In this document: positions 42,373 through 57,632 of the stretch, one piece after another | Numbering within the stretch: position 1 is the stretch's first letter | Layout: each line of letters starts with the position of its first letter | Source of the DNA: Octopus vulgaris | Taxonomy: Eukaryota | DNA length: 64,000 nucleotides | NCBI GenBank assembly: GCA_951406725.2 | Contig: OX597826.1 | Location: 61,070,001-61,134,000, forward strand | Direction: 5' to 3' | Made by a program: the position numbers and the translations under genes | The notes under the pieces: generated by a model | What the model was told of the DNA's origin: nothing | Databases searched by the model: none | The model's input: only the letters and a program-made list of their open reading frames with translations

Positions 42373-42432
42373 TGAACGATAGAAAGTGATACAAGAATAT
42401 AAAATATGAAGAACGTAAAAAACAAGAAATAG

Positions 42433-42533
<101 letters not shown>

Positions 42534-42922
42534 GAAGTATGTTTAGTTGTTGGAAAAGAGGGAGAGTCACTCAGAGATGATGATGATTACAGTGTACAAC
42601 AACAAGAACTGCTGTTGTATGTTTGGATACATGTTCGGCTGAACAGATAATTTGTTGAGATAACGTTGGTAAGGCAAAATAGAAAATTACCCGATAATTT
42701 GTTTTCTTAAAGATATATGGACATATATGTATGTAAACATACATAGGTGTCTGCATACACACACAAACACAAACACATACATATTATCCATACAGACATT
42801 ATGTATGCATGTATGTATGTGTGCGTATATATGTGTGTATCTATGTATGAATGTATACGTGCAGATATTATATACGTGTGAGTGTAGACATTTATATTAG
42901 TGTGTGTATCTGTATACGTTTA

Positions 42923-43001
<79 letters not shown>

Positions 43002-43057
43002 GTATATATATATATATGTATATATATGTATGTATGTATATATATATATATATATAC

Positions 43058-43168
<111 letters not shown>

Positions 43169-43270
43169 TGGAGAATGTAAACATTACTCTGTCTCATTCC
43201 CATTCTCTCTCTCGCACACACTCACACATACACACACACATATACACACACACTCTCACTCTTTTTCTCT

Positions 43271-43306
<36 letters not shown>

Positions 43307-43491
43307 GTGTGTGTGTGAGTGTTTGTGTGTTTATGTATTTCTGTGTGTGGGTGTGCTGTGTACTTTTCTATACGCATTTATCTTATCAACATTTCTTTCT
43401 TTACTCCGAAAGGAATTACATTCATCGGAATAAGAATTCAATTATATGTATATTTCAGTTTTCAATGAACAGTATCACCCACAGGTATGTA

Positions 43492-43550
<59 letters not shown>

Positions 43551-43639
43551 ACACATATATATATATATATAAACACATATACATATAAACACACACACAT
43601 ATACATATAAAGGCACTCTCATAACAAGATGTGTGAGTA

Positions 43640-43684
<45 letters not shown>

Positions 43685-44411
43685 GTGTGTGTGCATGTAT
43701 GTATATAAGGATAGACAGACAGATACGTAGATAATGAATGCGACAGGAAATTACAGCTATGTCTATTGGTTTTAATACCTTGTATATACATATGTGTATA
43801 TATGTGACTGTATGTGTATGTGTGCGTGTGTCTGTCTGTGTATACACAAGTATATGTGTATATACCTAATATGGAAATAAATGTTGTGTCTCTCTGTACG
43901 CTTATGCTTCATGGTGGAAATATATTTTTGAAACTAAGATACATTTATATTGTAAAAATACACAAAAGTATGTTTAACGAGAGCCATATATATATATATA
44001 TATATATATACACACTTCTCCTACTACCGGGGTTATCCTGTAACCTTACTATATATGTGTGTGTGTGTATTTATGCATGTATGTGTGTGTATGTATATAT
44101 GTATGTATATATGTATTATGTATGTATGTATATATGTATGTACGTATATATATATATATATACATATATATGTATGTATATGTATATATATTGGTATATA
44201 TATGTGTATTTATGTATATATGTATATGTAAGTATATACATTTGTATGCTTATGTATATATATATATATATGTATGTATATCTATATATATGTATGTATA
44301 CATACATGTATATATATGATGTTTGTGTGCATGTATAAAAGTATATATATATATGCTTGTATATATATATATATATATATATGTATGCATATATATATAT
44401 GTGTGTGTGTG

Positions 44412-44462
<51 letters not shown>

Positions 44463-44628
44463 GTATGTATTGTTCACACGAATTTAAGTATCTGTATCTA
44501 TAGATGATTCTCTTAAGATGTGATTGATATAACCACACACACGTTTACACGGATATATATACAATGTACGCATACATAAATAGTTAGTCGGATGTAGGGA
44601 TAGGGAGATATAGTGACGTTGACATTAA

Positions 44629-44683
<55 letters not shown>

Positions 44684-45109
44684 ACTATATATGCATGTGT
44701 GCGTTCATGTATGAGTATATCTGAAAAAAAATAACACGAAATATACATACTCGAATCTTTATACTTCTGTATGCAGAAATTATGTAAAATTGCTTGTTGA
44801 ACGATGCTTGAAAATCAGAATGCGTATAATGTCGTTGATGTTCGCTTTGCAGTATTTATTTATGCTCAGAGTTCGAATCTCAGCGAAGCTTCGATCACTA
44901 GGGGGTCGTTTAGAGATAAATGATTTGGGAAATATTCGACTTACACATATTTCAAGTCGAGTAGAATTTACCTTTGTGAATTCAGTTTATGCAGAATTTT
45001 GTAACTGAAGTCCCTAACTACACAAGCGTCCCTCACTTTAAGGTGAGGGTCCAAAATCGTTAGCACGCCTTTTGAAACGCTTTGTTGTATATATTATAAA
45101 TGATATTAT

Positions 45110-45475
45110 AAGGCGGCGAGCTGGAAGAATCGTTAGCACGTCGTGAGTTCAAATTCCGCCGAGGTCGACTTTGCCTTTCATCCTTTCGGGGTCGATAAAT
45201 TAAGTACCAGTTACGCACTGTGGGTCGATGTAATTGACTTAATACCTATGTCTGTCCTTGTTTGTCCACTCTATGTTTGGCCCCTTGTGGGTAATAAAGA
45301 AATAGGCATTACGTCCATCTTTAAATTCCATCTTCAAATTCCGCCGAGTTCGACTTTGCCTTTCATCCTTTCACGGTCGATAAAATAAGTGCATATTGGA
45401 CATTGGGCTCGATGTAATCGACCTTAACCCCTCCCCCCGAAATTGCTGGAGTTGTGCCAAAATCTGTAACCAATA
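45110..45475 (+). mobile_element. SINE family B dimer
   Basis: Head with a small deletion, unit 1, junction at ~45305, unit 2. Confidence 0.85.
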
Positions 45476-45849
45476 TTTCACTTTATTGTACCTACATCAA
45501 TTCGGTCCCTACACTGCCAATGGCCGCTCTTTTTCTACAGATCCAATATACCCCCTCTTGATTTCAGATTATTGGCTCGGTTTGAGCAATTTTTGGACGT
45601 GCTTCTGATACTATATGTCCTTCAACATTCTCTTCTCTGTAACTTTACACCTCACAAATAGTGAGGCAATGAGGAAGAGAGCAATTTGCTTGGTAGAGTT
45701 TCAAAACAAAATATGGACTAATGTCGTAACTTGCCATTTGAAACCCTCTAGTACTGTGTTTCTTAACCATTTTTTTACCTATGGACCCTTTTGATTCCTA
45801 TTTCATTCTAGGGGACCTCTCATAACCTCTGCTAAGATTTTTTTTAATA

Positions 45850-46165
45850 TAGGCGCAGGAGTGACTTTGTGGTAAGTAGCTTGCTTACCAACCACATAGT
45901 TCCGGGTTCAGTCCCACTGCTTGGCACCTAGGGCAAGTGTCTTCAACTATAGCCTCGGGCCGACCGAAGCCTTGCGAGTGGATTTGGTAGACGGAAACTG
46001 AAAGAAGCCCGTCGTATATATGTATATATATATATATATATATGTATGTTTGTGTGTATATGTTTGTGTGTCTGTGTGTGTCCACCCCGCCAACATCGCT
46101 TGACAACCGATGCTGGTGTGTTTACGTCCCCGTAACTTAGCGGTTCGGCAATAGAGACCGAACCG
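45850..46165 (+). mobile_element. SINE family A, 3'-truncated
   Basis: Matches 223-570. Confidence 0.88.
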
Positions 46166-46254
46166 ATGGGTTATAGAGACGTAAACAAACCAACACTAGC
46201 TGTTAAACAGCAGAGGTACACACGCACAAACACACACGATGGACTTCTGTACAG

Positions 46255-46831
46255 TTTCTTATTTCTTTATTGCCCACAAGGGGCTAAACATTGAGGGAAC
46301 AAACAAGGACAGATAAAGGGATTAAGTCGATTATATCGACTCCAGTGCGTAACTGGTACTTAATTATCGACCCCGAAAGGATGAAAGGCAAAGTCGATCT
46401 CGGCGGAATTTTAACTCAAAATGTAATGGCAGACGAAATACCTATTTCGTTACTACCCACAAGGGGCTAAACGCAGAAGGGACAAACAAGGACAGACAAA
46501 CGGATTAAGTCGATTATATCGACCCCAGTGCGTAACTGGTACTTATTTAATCGACTCCGAAAGGATGAAAGGCAAAGTTGATCTCGGCAGAATTTGAACT
46601 CAGAACGTAGCGGCAGACGAAATACCTATTTCGTTACTACCCACAAGGGACTAAACACAGAGGGGACAAACAAGGACAGACAAACGGATTAAGTCGATTG
46701 TATCAACCCCAGTCCGAAAGGATGAAAGGCAAAGTCGACCTCGGCGGAATTTGAACTCACAACGTAACGGCAGACGAAATACGGCTACGCATTTCGCCCG
46801 GCGTGCTAACGTTTCTGCCAGTTCGCCGCCT
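46255..46831 (-). mobile_element. SINE family B trimer
   Basis: One head plus three units. Junctions at ~46441 and ~46625 give a 184-bp period. Confidence 0.9.
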
Positions 46832-47299
46832 TTTTCTGCCAACCTAAACCACTCATAGGGCATTGGACAACTTTGGGCTATAGCAGAAGACACGCACAGC
46901 GGCAATGAAACTGAAACCGTGGTTACAAAACAAACTTCATAGCCACACATCCATATCTGTGCTTATTTATTGATCTCTTTTATTAATTTCATTTTTCTTT
47001 TTTCTGTTTCTTTTTTTTTTTTAACAATATCACTGACACAAAAGTTAAATTAGCTCCGGCAATAACTTGGCAAAATTTCAATTGTAATAAGTTTAGTAGT
47101 ACTAAGTACGTGAAGTATATCACACTAGTTTCATAGTGAAATAACAGTAAATATGTCTTACAAATATAAATAGTCTTCTATATACTAAAGTTTTGCAAGT
47201 CTTCTAATTGTATGGTGATTAAGAACAATATGTGTTGAATGTTTGACAGACAGACAGACAGATAGACAGACATATAGATAGATAGACATATAGATGGAT

Positions 47300-47378
<79 letters not shown>

Positions 47379-47379
47379 A

Positions 47380-48240
47380 GGTGCATTCCGGAGGTTTTTG
47401 AGACTTGTTCATTAGACATTTATTAATTTCCCAGAAGCATAAAACTCTAATCTCCTTCCAAGTAGTATCCTTTGCCTTCAATGCACAGTGTGTAGCTCTC
47501 AATGCATTGCGTAGCTCTCTAACACATTGTGTAGTAAAGGCTTTACTGAACTCCTCCAAAGCAAAAGTGTCCAGCACCTTTGTCGCACTCTACACCATTT
47601 TCTCATTGTTTTTAAAATGACTGCCCTGGGGAACAACAAAAAACTCAGAGAGCAGTATTTAGACTGTAGGAAGGGTGAGAGACGGTGTTTTATGCCATTT
47701 CAAGTAGTTGGATATCAGGATGGAATTGCGGACTGATGCATTGTCCTGGTGCAGACGCTCTGGCTTTTTGCAACAAAATATCTTCCTGAACTCCATGAAA
47801 ACTTCCACAAAGTACTCTTTGTTGACCGTTTGGTCAGAGAGAACCCAATGGATGTACATGATGTTCTTACTGTCGAAAGAGAAGAGTATCATGAGCTTCC
47901 CGGTAGACTTTTCTCTGCCTCTTGTGCCAGTGAAAAACAGATGCTCGACTCATACAAGTTAATCCATAAGCAGTTTAAACCATTTCGTAAGTTTTTGCAG
48001 CGTTTTTGTTTGTTCCTTGTCGAGCCACGCCTGGCTCATTAGGGCCGGTTTCCGAACCCCGCGATCCCTCGACCGCGAGTCCGCTGCTCTAACCACTAGG
48101 CCATGTGCCTCCACTTTTGCAGCGTCTTTGCCTAATCAAACGCAAAATTTATTGCAAACAGTCCTTCCAAATAGTTCTCACCTCAAGACTGCATTCATTC
48201 TGCTAGGTAATCAGGTGAGTTCAGAGTATAGTTACAAAAC
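47380..48240 (-). mobile_element. Internally deleted mariner remnant
   Basis: KFCV*LGK at ~48130-48155, then MILFSFDSKNIMYIHWVLSDQTVNKEYFVEV..LHQDNA, and a C-terminal CIEGKGYYLEGD-like end at ~47450-47490. Confidence 0.8.
48009..48114 (-). mobile_element. Miniature OR2-like SINE (head fused to tail) with 16-bp TSD
   Basis: TSD TTTTGCAGCGT(T/C)TTTG at 47993-48008 and 48115-48130. Confidence 0.85.
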
Positions 48241-48247
48241 GTTTCAA

Positions 48248-48950
<703 letters not shown>

Positions 48951-49145
48951 TAGGTTGTATTACATGTATAATCCATCTGACGAGCTTTTATGTCTGCTGA
49001 TGATGCGATGCAGTGGAATTGAACTCGGAACCTCATGGAAGTATGGCGACATGGTTCTTACCGATATGGCCATACAGCACACATGTACATTTATTAAAAT
49101 ATGCACAAAAGGACAGTTGGATGAATAGACAGAAAGAGAGACAGC

Positions 49146-49202
<57 letters not shown>

Positions 49203-49255
49203 GGATGGATGGATGGATGGATGGATGGATGGATGGATGGATGGATGGATGGATG

Positions 49256-49305
<50 letters not shown>

Positions 49306-49450
49306 TAGATAGATAGATAGATAGATGGATGGATGGATGGATGGATGGATGGATGGATGGATGGATGGATAGATAGATAGATAGATAGATAGATATCTCG
49401 AATGATATTAAACATATCAATGAATATAAACAACACATATATAATCGAGT

Positions 49451-49485
<35 letters not shown>

Positions 49486-50411
49486 CATATACCACTTATC
49501 TCCTCTATTACCTTCAGTGAATGTCTAATTATAGAAATCGCCAACATCACAAAAACAAAAGCAAAAATATCATAGCCGTAAGAACTGCAAGCAAAACAAT
49601 AGTTGTACGAACAAAAAGATATGGTAGCGACAAAAGGGAGAAACCTTAAGACTGAGCAACAAATAAAAGGTGTATATTATTGTAAATAATGCTGGGGGTT
49701 CTTGTATATACTAAAGTAGACCCAAAGGATGCAAGTAAGAGTGGGAATAAGAGCGTAATAATGAAGGGAGACAATGCAGTATGACTTAGTTGATGTTTAT
49801 GTATTATAATATATCTGCTGAAGCTCGAACAATGAAGCAGTACAGTTATCGTGGCATAGAGACTTAGCTATAGAAATATGTATTGCATTGCTGTATAGGA
49901 TCGCCTCTGGTCATAGTTACTATAGCCTGCTGGTGGAGGAGGAGATGGAGATGGAGATGGAGATGCAAATAGAGATGGAGATGGAGGTGGGGGAGAAGTC
50001 GTTTATGAACATGTGGTACACTTCACTTGTTAATTGGAAGATTTATAATTATCATGTCCCATCGTGATGATCTTCGTTATCATTCGTTCGCCTCGGCGTC
50101 ACTTGTGTAGTCGTGGGTATCCGTAGTCGTCATCATCATCATCATCATCATCATCATCGTCGTCATGTTTATCAACAAGGCTATCAACAGAACAATTTCA
50201 TCACTGCACATTCAACCACAAACCAACGAACCAACAAAACACGCATATACATACATATATATGTTTACATACGCACAAATATATACGTATGCATATATAT
50301 AAAGAGAGAGACATATATACATATGTATGCATATACATATACATAGATACATACACACACATATATATGTATGTATGTGTGTGTATATATATATATATAA
50401 GTGTATATTGT

Positions 50412-50462
<51 letters not shown>

Positions 50463-50495
50463 CACATATACATATTAACATATGCGTATGTGTAT

Positions 50496-50534
<39 letters not shown>

Positions 50535-50788
50535 TCTCCAAGAACACTATGTATTAGCATATGTGTATGCGTATATATATGTGTGTGTGTATGCATACAT
50601 ATACATACATATATGTATATGTGTGTATATGCATACATATACATACATATATGTATACACACACACACATATATATATATATACATATATACATATATAC
50701 ATATGCATATATACGTGTATATTTACGTAGATATATATGTGTTTGTAAGTATATATGTATATTGTGTGTCTGTATATAAATATGTACG

Positions 50789-50819
<31 letters not shown>

Positions 50820-51837
50820 GTGTGTGTGTCTATGTGTATGTATATACATACCTATTTATATAGATATATATGTATGTATATGTATGTATATGAATATAAA
50901 TATATATATATATATATATAAATATATGTTTCTCTCTATATATGTATGTATATATATGTATTTGTGTGTATGTAAACATATATATACGTATGTATATATG
51001 CGTGTGTGTGTATATGTGTGTAAGTTTATCATTTTTATTATTGTTTTTATTGTTTTAAAAATTAGCAGAAAACAGGAAAAGCCCGATCAAATAAAAATGG
51101 CTGAAATATTTTGGTTTTCCTCGTTTTTCATTGTTTTTGTTTTTCGTTTATATTCATTCCGCCCCTTCCAACACCACTATTTCCACCACCACCACTTCCA
51201 CCACCACCACCACCTCCACTACCGACAACACCACCCCTCCAATGCCTCTATTTCCACTCTAAACAAGATAATATCCAGCGAATTCAATAAGGATGTCATG
51301 AGTATTGTTTGACGGGAAACTTCTCCAAGTATTTTATGGTTTAGCAAACAATAGGAAGGATTTTTAATCGTTGATTGAATAGCTTGGGGCGGAATAGACC
51401 CCTGTTTGGTACCTGTTTTGTATTATAGAATAGCAAAGAGGATGCAAAGTACCCTGATAAGGAGATCTACATCTTGAGTTTTCTATGTACGTAAGGATGG
51501 ATGTAAGTATGTGAGTGTGTATGTGTGCGTGTGAGTATGCGTGTGTATTTATATGTATGCAGGACAAAGTCTGTATTTGTGTGTGTGTGTGTGTGTGTGT
51601 GTCTATATGTGTGGAAGTATGTCTATGTTTGTACATGTATATGCCTGTATATGCGTGTATATGCGTGCATATGGATGCATATATTTCTGTATGTATATTT
51701 CCCAAGTATGCATGTGTGTATGCATGCATGTTTATGTGTGCGTGTAGATGAATGTTTTATTATGATTGTGTTTGCACTGAATTTATAGAATTGAATTTGT
51801 ATGTATGAACATATATATTTTGTACAATATATATGTG

Positions 51838-51905
<68 letters not shown>

Positions 51906-52688
51906 GTGTGTGTATGTTGTGTATCAGTACACAGTGTGTACGCGAACATGTTTGTGTATTAATATATTTGTGTGTGTGTGTGCATGTATATGTATGTGTT
52001 TGTGTGTGTGTGCGCGCGTGTGTGTGTGTGTATGTGTGCGTGTGTGTGTGTGTGAGTGTGTGTTTGTGTGTGTGTGTTTGCGTGTTTGAGTAAATATTTT
52101 TTTACATTTAGATTATAAAAGTAAGAGATTGATGAAATGGATAAAGTGGATGAACTTTGAAGAAAGAAAGAAAGAAAGAAAGGATCGAGGGACAGATGAT
52201 TGGAAGGACGGAAGGAAAGGTAAAAAGCTATGAAGGAATGCTAGATTCGACTTTGCCTTTCATCCTTTCAGCGTGGATAAAATAAGTACCAGCTGACTAC
52301 TGGGGTCAATTTAATCGACTATCCTGCTTCCCCAGACAACAATAAAGTGGAACAAGGCGGGATTTGAATTCAGAACGTAAAGAGGTGTCGTGAAATGACG
52401 CACTCCCTTAACCTGGAGTTATTGAAGAAGTACCGCAAACCCTTATTTATCCAGATTATCAATAAGTAAGTGACTTTCTCGGTTCTGTTTTTCCAGCCTT
52501 TGTTCGCATGCTGCAAGTCGAACTATCCACTGACACCGTCCTCTCGGCATTTCCATTTTCCACCTTCACTTTCGTTCACCTTCCTCTCAAAGTGTCCACC
52601 TGGCTCGTAACATTGTCCCAGTTTCTTACCATCCAGTAGGTATTGCTCAAATCAGACCACGCGAAGGTTGACAGAACCTTTTAGTTTA

Positions 52689-53176
52689 GCGGCGAACTGG
52701 TAGAATCGTTAGCATGCCGGGCGAAATGCTTATCGGTATTTTGTCTGCCGTTACGTTGTAAGTTCAAATTAGCCGAGGTCGACTTTGCCTTTCATCCTTT
52801 CGGGGTCGATAAATTAAGTACCAGTTACGCACTGGGGTCGATGTAATCGACTTAATACCTATGTCTTTCCTTGTTTGTCCCCTCTGTGTTACATACATAC
52901 ACACACACAAAAGCGGCGAGCTGGCAGAAACGTTAGCACGCCGGGCGAAATGCTTAGCGGTATTTCGTCTGCGTTACGTTGTGAGTTCAAATTCCGCCGA
53001 GGTCGACTTTGCCTTTCATCCTTTCGGGGTCGATAAATTAAGTACCAGTTACGCACTGGGGTCGATATAATCGACTTAATCCCCTTGTCTGTCCTTGTTT
53101 GTCCTCTCTGTGTTTAGCCCCTTGTGGGTAGTATGGAAATAGGTATTTTGTCTGCCGTTATGTTCTGAGTTCAAAT
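52689..53176 (+). mobile_element. SINE family B cluster (two headed copies plus a partial unit)
   Basis: Heads at ~52689 and ~52912, junction at ~53142. Confidence 0.88.
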
Positions 53177-53179
53177 GGA

Positions 53180-53700
53180 ACTTCAATAAAGTTGAGAAGG
53201 GCTTGGCTAGAAAGTAAACGATCTATCTTCAATTCTAACAATTTGACCTGGTTTACATTCTCTTCGGCCACCGGTTCTTAGCAGAGAAAAGTTTGTTTGT
53301 ACTTCCTGGTCAAAGAAAGACTTTAGGAGCCGGACTTCACTGATATCCAGTTCTATCTCAAATGGGGCATAAATCTACAAGTCCGCAATGAGCGCTCATA
53401 TAATGAGCCAGTGCCAAAGAGTTCCAAAGTTCTTCATGCATCTTGAGCAGGCTTAGCTGATGGCACATTCGTCTCTATAGATTTTATCCAGAAATGGCAA
53501 TACCATTTGTCTCCAGAAAGAGACTAATTTTCAAGATAAAAACAAATATCCATGAGAACGCCGTCGCTCTTTTTCAGTATTGATCTTCTACGAACTACTA
53601 GGATTGAAATACCAACGACCACACTGGTAAGGAACTGTAAGTAGCAGACAACATTCCAGATGCTAAGCTTCCAGTCTACACCTCCATCAATGATACTATC
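53180..53700 (-). mobile_element. Possible LINE APE endonuclease remnant
   Basis: KLSIWNV, MDICF and IYAP occur in the expected order but are heavily decayed. Confidence 0.35.
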
Positions 53701-54060
53701 TGAGGAAAGACAAACATTAACCACGTAATCAGCCATAACATACCCAGTTTTCCATGCAATGAATGTTGGCAACATATGGTGTTCGTGATTGATGGATGGA
53801 TCGATCTTATTCAAAAGACGTGAAAGATAATAATCTTCAATTTGATCTGTTAAAAATCAAGGGAAGGTACAAAGGTCAAGATATAGTAAATGACGGAGCT
53901 AATGAAACTCCACGTTTTCTAGACATTCCTGAAATGGCATTCTCTCAGCTTACTTTACGTGAGAGTGTCCACCTGGCTCGTAACATTGTCCCAGTTCCTC
54001 ACCATCCAGTAGGTATTGCTCAAACCAGATCACGTGAAGGTTGACAGAACCTTTTAGTTT

Positions 54061-54472
54061 AGCGGCGAACTGGTAGAATCGTTAGCATGCCGAAATGCTG
54101 AGCGGTATTTTGTCTGCCGTTACGCTCTGAGTTCAAATTCCACCGAGGTTGACTTTGCCTTTCCTCCTTTCGGGGTCGATAAATTAAGTACCAGTTACGC
54201 AATGGGGTCGATATAATCGACTTAATCCGTTTGTCTGTCTTTGTTTGTCCTCTCTGTATTTAGCCCCTTGTGAGTAGTAAAGAAATAGGTATTTTGTCTG
54301 CCGTTAAGTTCTGAGTTAAAATTCCGCCGAGGTCGACTTTGCCTTTCATCCTTTTAGTGTCGATAAATTAAGTACCAGTTACGCACTGGGGTCGACGTAA
54401 TTGACTTAATCCCTTTGTCTGTCCTTGTTTGTCCCTTCTATGTTTAGCCCCTTGTGGGCAATAAAGAAATAA
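54061..54472 (+). mobile_element. SINE family B dimer
   Basis: Junction at ~54288. Confidence 0.9.
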
Positions 54473-55050
54473 GAACCGTTAGTTAAGCGATCCAGTATGT
54501 TCGTCCGACATAGGCAACCCCGATGTTGAGTCAGATGTCAACAGAATTGTCCAGTTTTTAAGCATACCCCTTTTTTTTTTTTACCCCGTATTCCTTCATT
54601 ATTGTGTTAACCATTTTCACTGATATCACCCGCCGTGGCGGTGACGTGATCCACGCATACAGACACTGCTTTCTCGTGATCCTACTCGGGAGAGAATCCA
54701 CATGGCACTCATCGCTTCCCCAACATTGGCTGCAGATCCAAAATATCCAAGATTGATGAAATATGACACACTTGACTGACCGAGAGTATGATTCGTAACC
54801 GTTCCGATAAGTCGCCATTTATTCTGACCTCTGAGTTACCCATCCTCTAAAAACGGAAATTGTACTACGAGCAGCTGTTATGTAAAGACGATCAAATTTG
54901 AGATTGATCCAAGTGGATCCGAGCTCTGCAGAAACCAAGTTTATTAAGCAACCTCTCTTACGATAAAATTCATGAAGATTGCTGCGGTTTTAAATGCGGG
55001 TAAAGTTAACCTCGGCAACATTTGAATTCACTCCTAGTTAAAATGATAAT

Positions 55051-55433
55051 GGAAGCACTCCGTCGGTTACGATGACGAGGGTTCCAGTTGATCCGAATCA
55101 ACGGAACAGCCTGCTCGTGAAATTAACGTGTAAGTGGCTGAGCACTCCACAGACACGTGTACCCTTAACGTAGTTCTCGGGGATATTCAGCGTGACACAG
55201 AGAGTGACAAGGCCGGCCCCCTTGAAATACAGGTACAACAGAAACAGGAAGTAAGAGTGAGAGAAAGTTGTGGTGAAAGAGTACAGCAGGGATCACCACC
55301 ATCCCCTGCCGGAGCCTCGTGGAGCTTTAGGTGTTTTCGCTCAATAAACACTCACAACGCCCGGTCTGGGAATCGAAACCGCGATCCTATGACCGCGAGT
55401 CCGCTGCCCTAACCACTGGGCCATTGCGCCTCC
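55051..55433 (-). mobile_element. Full-length tRNA(Arg)-derived SINE (OR1-like) with 12-bp TSD
   Basis: Head GGAGGCGCAATGGCCCAGTGGTTAGG..CTCGCG..GTTTCGATTCC. TSD TAAAATGATAAT at 55039-55050 and 55434-55445. Confidence 0.92.
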
Positions 55434-55849
55434 TAAAATGATAATACAACTGTTGATGTTATTGTTGTTTAGTCTCGACTCAACCGTGGTTAACTAGACT
55501 TCAAACGTTTTCTACTCAAGGGACATTCCATCTCTTTTTTTTTTTCAGACCCAATGTACCTAGGACAACACTATCCAAGATGTCTTGGCATTTTACTAAC
55601 GCGATGCGATGTGATACGAGAGCGATTTGGCAGCTACTTGTAATACATTGATCAACAATTAGGGACTTTATCTGTCCATCCTACTTTTTCGTGAAGGAAG
55701 TTGGATGTAAAAGACTGAAAAAAATTTAGGCTACTATTTCTAGCAAGAGCAAGCACATAGAGGTAGACTCCCCTCCATCATTTGCTCCTGTAATACAACT
55801 GTGTGTGTATGTAATAGCGGGTTTCTATTTAAAGAAATCAATGACTGAC

Positions 55850-55951
55850 GTTTAGTATTGGCGCCATTTTGGACACAATTGAATTTCATCTGATTTAGAA
55901 AGGTCACTTCTGTTTGAACTTGCATCGTCATCAACAAATTGTAAAATCGTG
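55850..55951 (-). other. Tentative 102-nt exon
   Basis: Strong acceptor gtttcttctttctctag|C and donor C|GTCAGT. One frame is fully open. Also contains AAAATGGCG. Confidence 0.25.
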
Positions 55952-56011
55952 CTAGAGAAAGAAGAAACGATTTGTTTGTATTACTACTATTATTATTGTA
56001 TTTTATCTTAT

Positions 56012-56045
<34 letters not shown>

Positions 56046-56355
56046 TTATATAAGCTCTGGTGTTGTATTGCTTTGTTTATACTCACTCAAATAACTCTAT
56101 GTATGTATGTATATATATATATATACATGGGATGTAGTGGGGTGTAATTACATAAATGTCTAAACACAGGCAGACGAACGGACAAATCTACACATGTTTG
56201 TGCACTGTACATATTTGTATATGCCTATATCGATGTGTTCGTGTATAATATATATATATATATAGATAGATAGATAGATATTCTCTTTTACTGGTTTAAA
56301 CCAGTTGACCGCAATAAACAAGAGAAAATAGAAGCAAACACTTAAATACATTGCA

Positions 56356-56407
<52 letters not shown>

Positions 56408-56762
56408 TGTGTGTGAGTGAGTGAGTGTACGTGTGTGTGTATGTGTGTGTGTACGTGTGTGAGTGAGTGTACGTGCGTGTGTATGTGTGTGTGTGTGTGT
56501 GTGTGTACGTGTGTGTGTATGTGTGAGTGAGTGTACGTGTGTGTGTATGTGTGTGTGTGCGGAGTATTACTATGCTTGTAAGCATGTTAAGCATGCAGAA
56601 ATATAGGCATTTTGTTACATATACATACGTACATACATGTATGTATATAAAATATATGCATATATATTTGTACAAACGTATATATATATATACATATATA
56701 TATATGTATATTTATATATATATACATGTATATACATATACACACACACAAATATGTGTAGA

Positions 56763-56810
<48 letters not shown>

Positions 56811-56837
56811 ACACACATATATATATATATGTATATG

Positions 56838-56878
<41 letters not shown>

Positions 56879-56886
56879 TGATATAT

Positions 56887-56939
<53 letters not shown>

Positions 56940-57632
56940 CAGATATATATCATATATATATATATATATATATATAATTTTATTCTAAATTTGCTAATAG
57001 TTGCGTCTTATTACTTCGATATTCTATTTCGTAGGATAGACGTTGTGTACGTGGAGTTGAGTGGTGTGTGCATGGCAGCGTGCTCTGTAGTGTGGATTGA
57101 GAAGAAGTATGGTTATGTATGTGCTGAGGTGTGTGTATAGCAGTGTACGTACAGTATAGAATGTAGCTGCGTTTGTACTGAAATATGTGTTGTAGTGTAT
57201 GCTTGATGTGTAGTGTGACAGTGTATGCGCTGTGGCATGTGTGGTAGTGTGTTAGTTACGTGGAGCGGTAATGAGTGTAGTAGTGCATGCGCTAGTGTTT
57301 GTGGTATGGACTGATGCTGGGTGTGTTAGTGCACGCGCTGTAGTTTGTGTGGTAGTGTATGCGCTGTGTTTGTGTGGTAGTGTAAGTGTTGTGCTTTGGG
57401 TGGTAGCGTACGTGCTGTGGTTTGTATGCTAGTGTGTTTGTTGTGTGGACTGGTACCGAGTGATGAAGTGTGTGCGCTGTGGTATGTGCTGTAGTGTATG
57501 AGCTATGTGTTTTGGTTTGTGTGATAGTGCGTGCGGTGTGGTTGATGCGGTAGTGTATGCGTTGCGGTTTGTATGGTGGAGTGTTGCGGTACACTAACAC
57601 GAGTATGTTAGTGTACCATTGTAGTTGGAGCG

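Noticed and set aside
55360-55433. tRNA-Arg gene (also at ~15945-16015)
   Set aside because: The head continues into a SINE body and tail and is bounded by TSDs.
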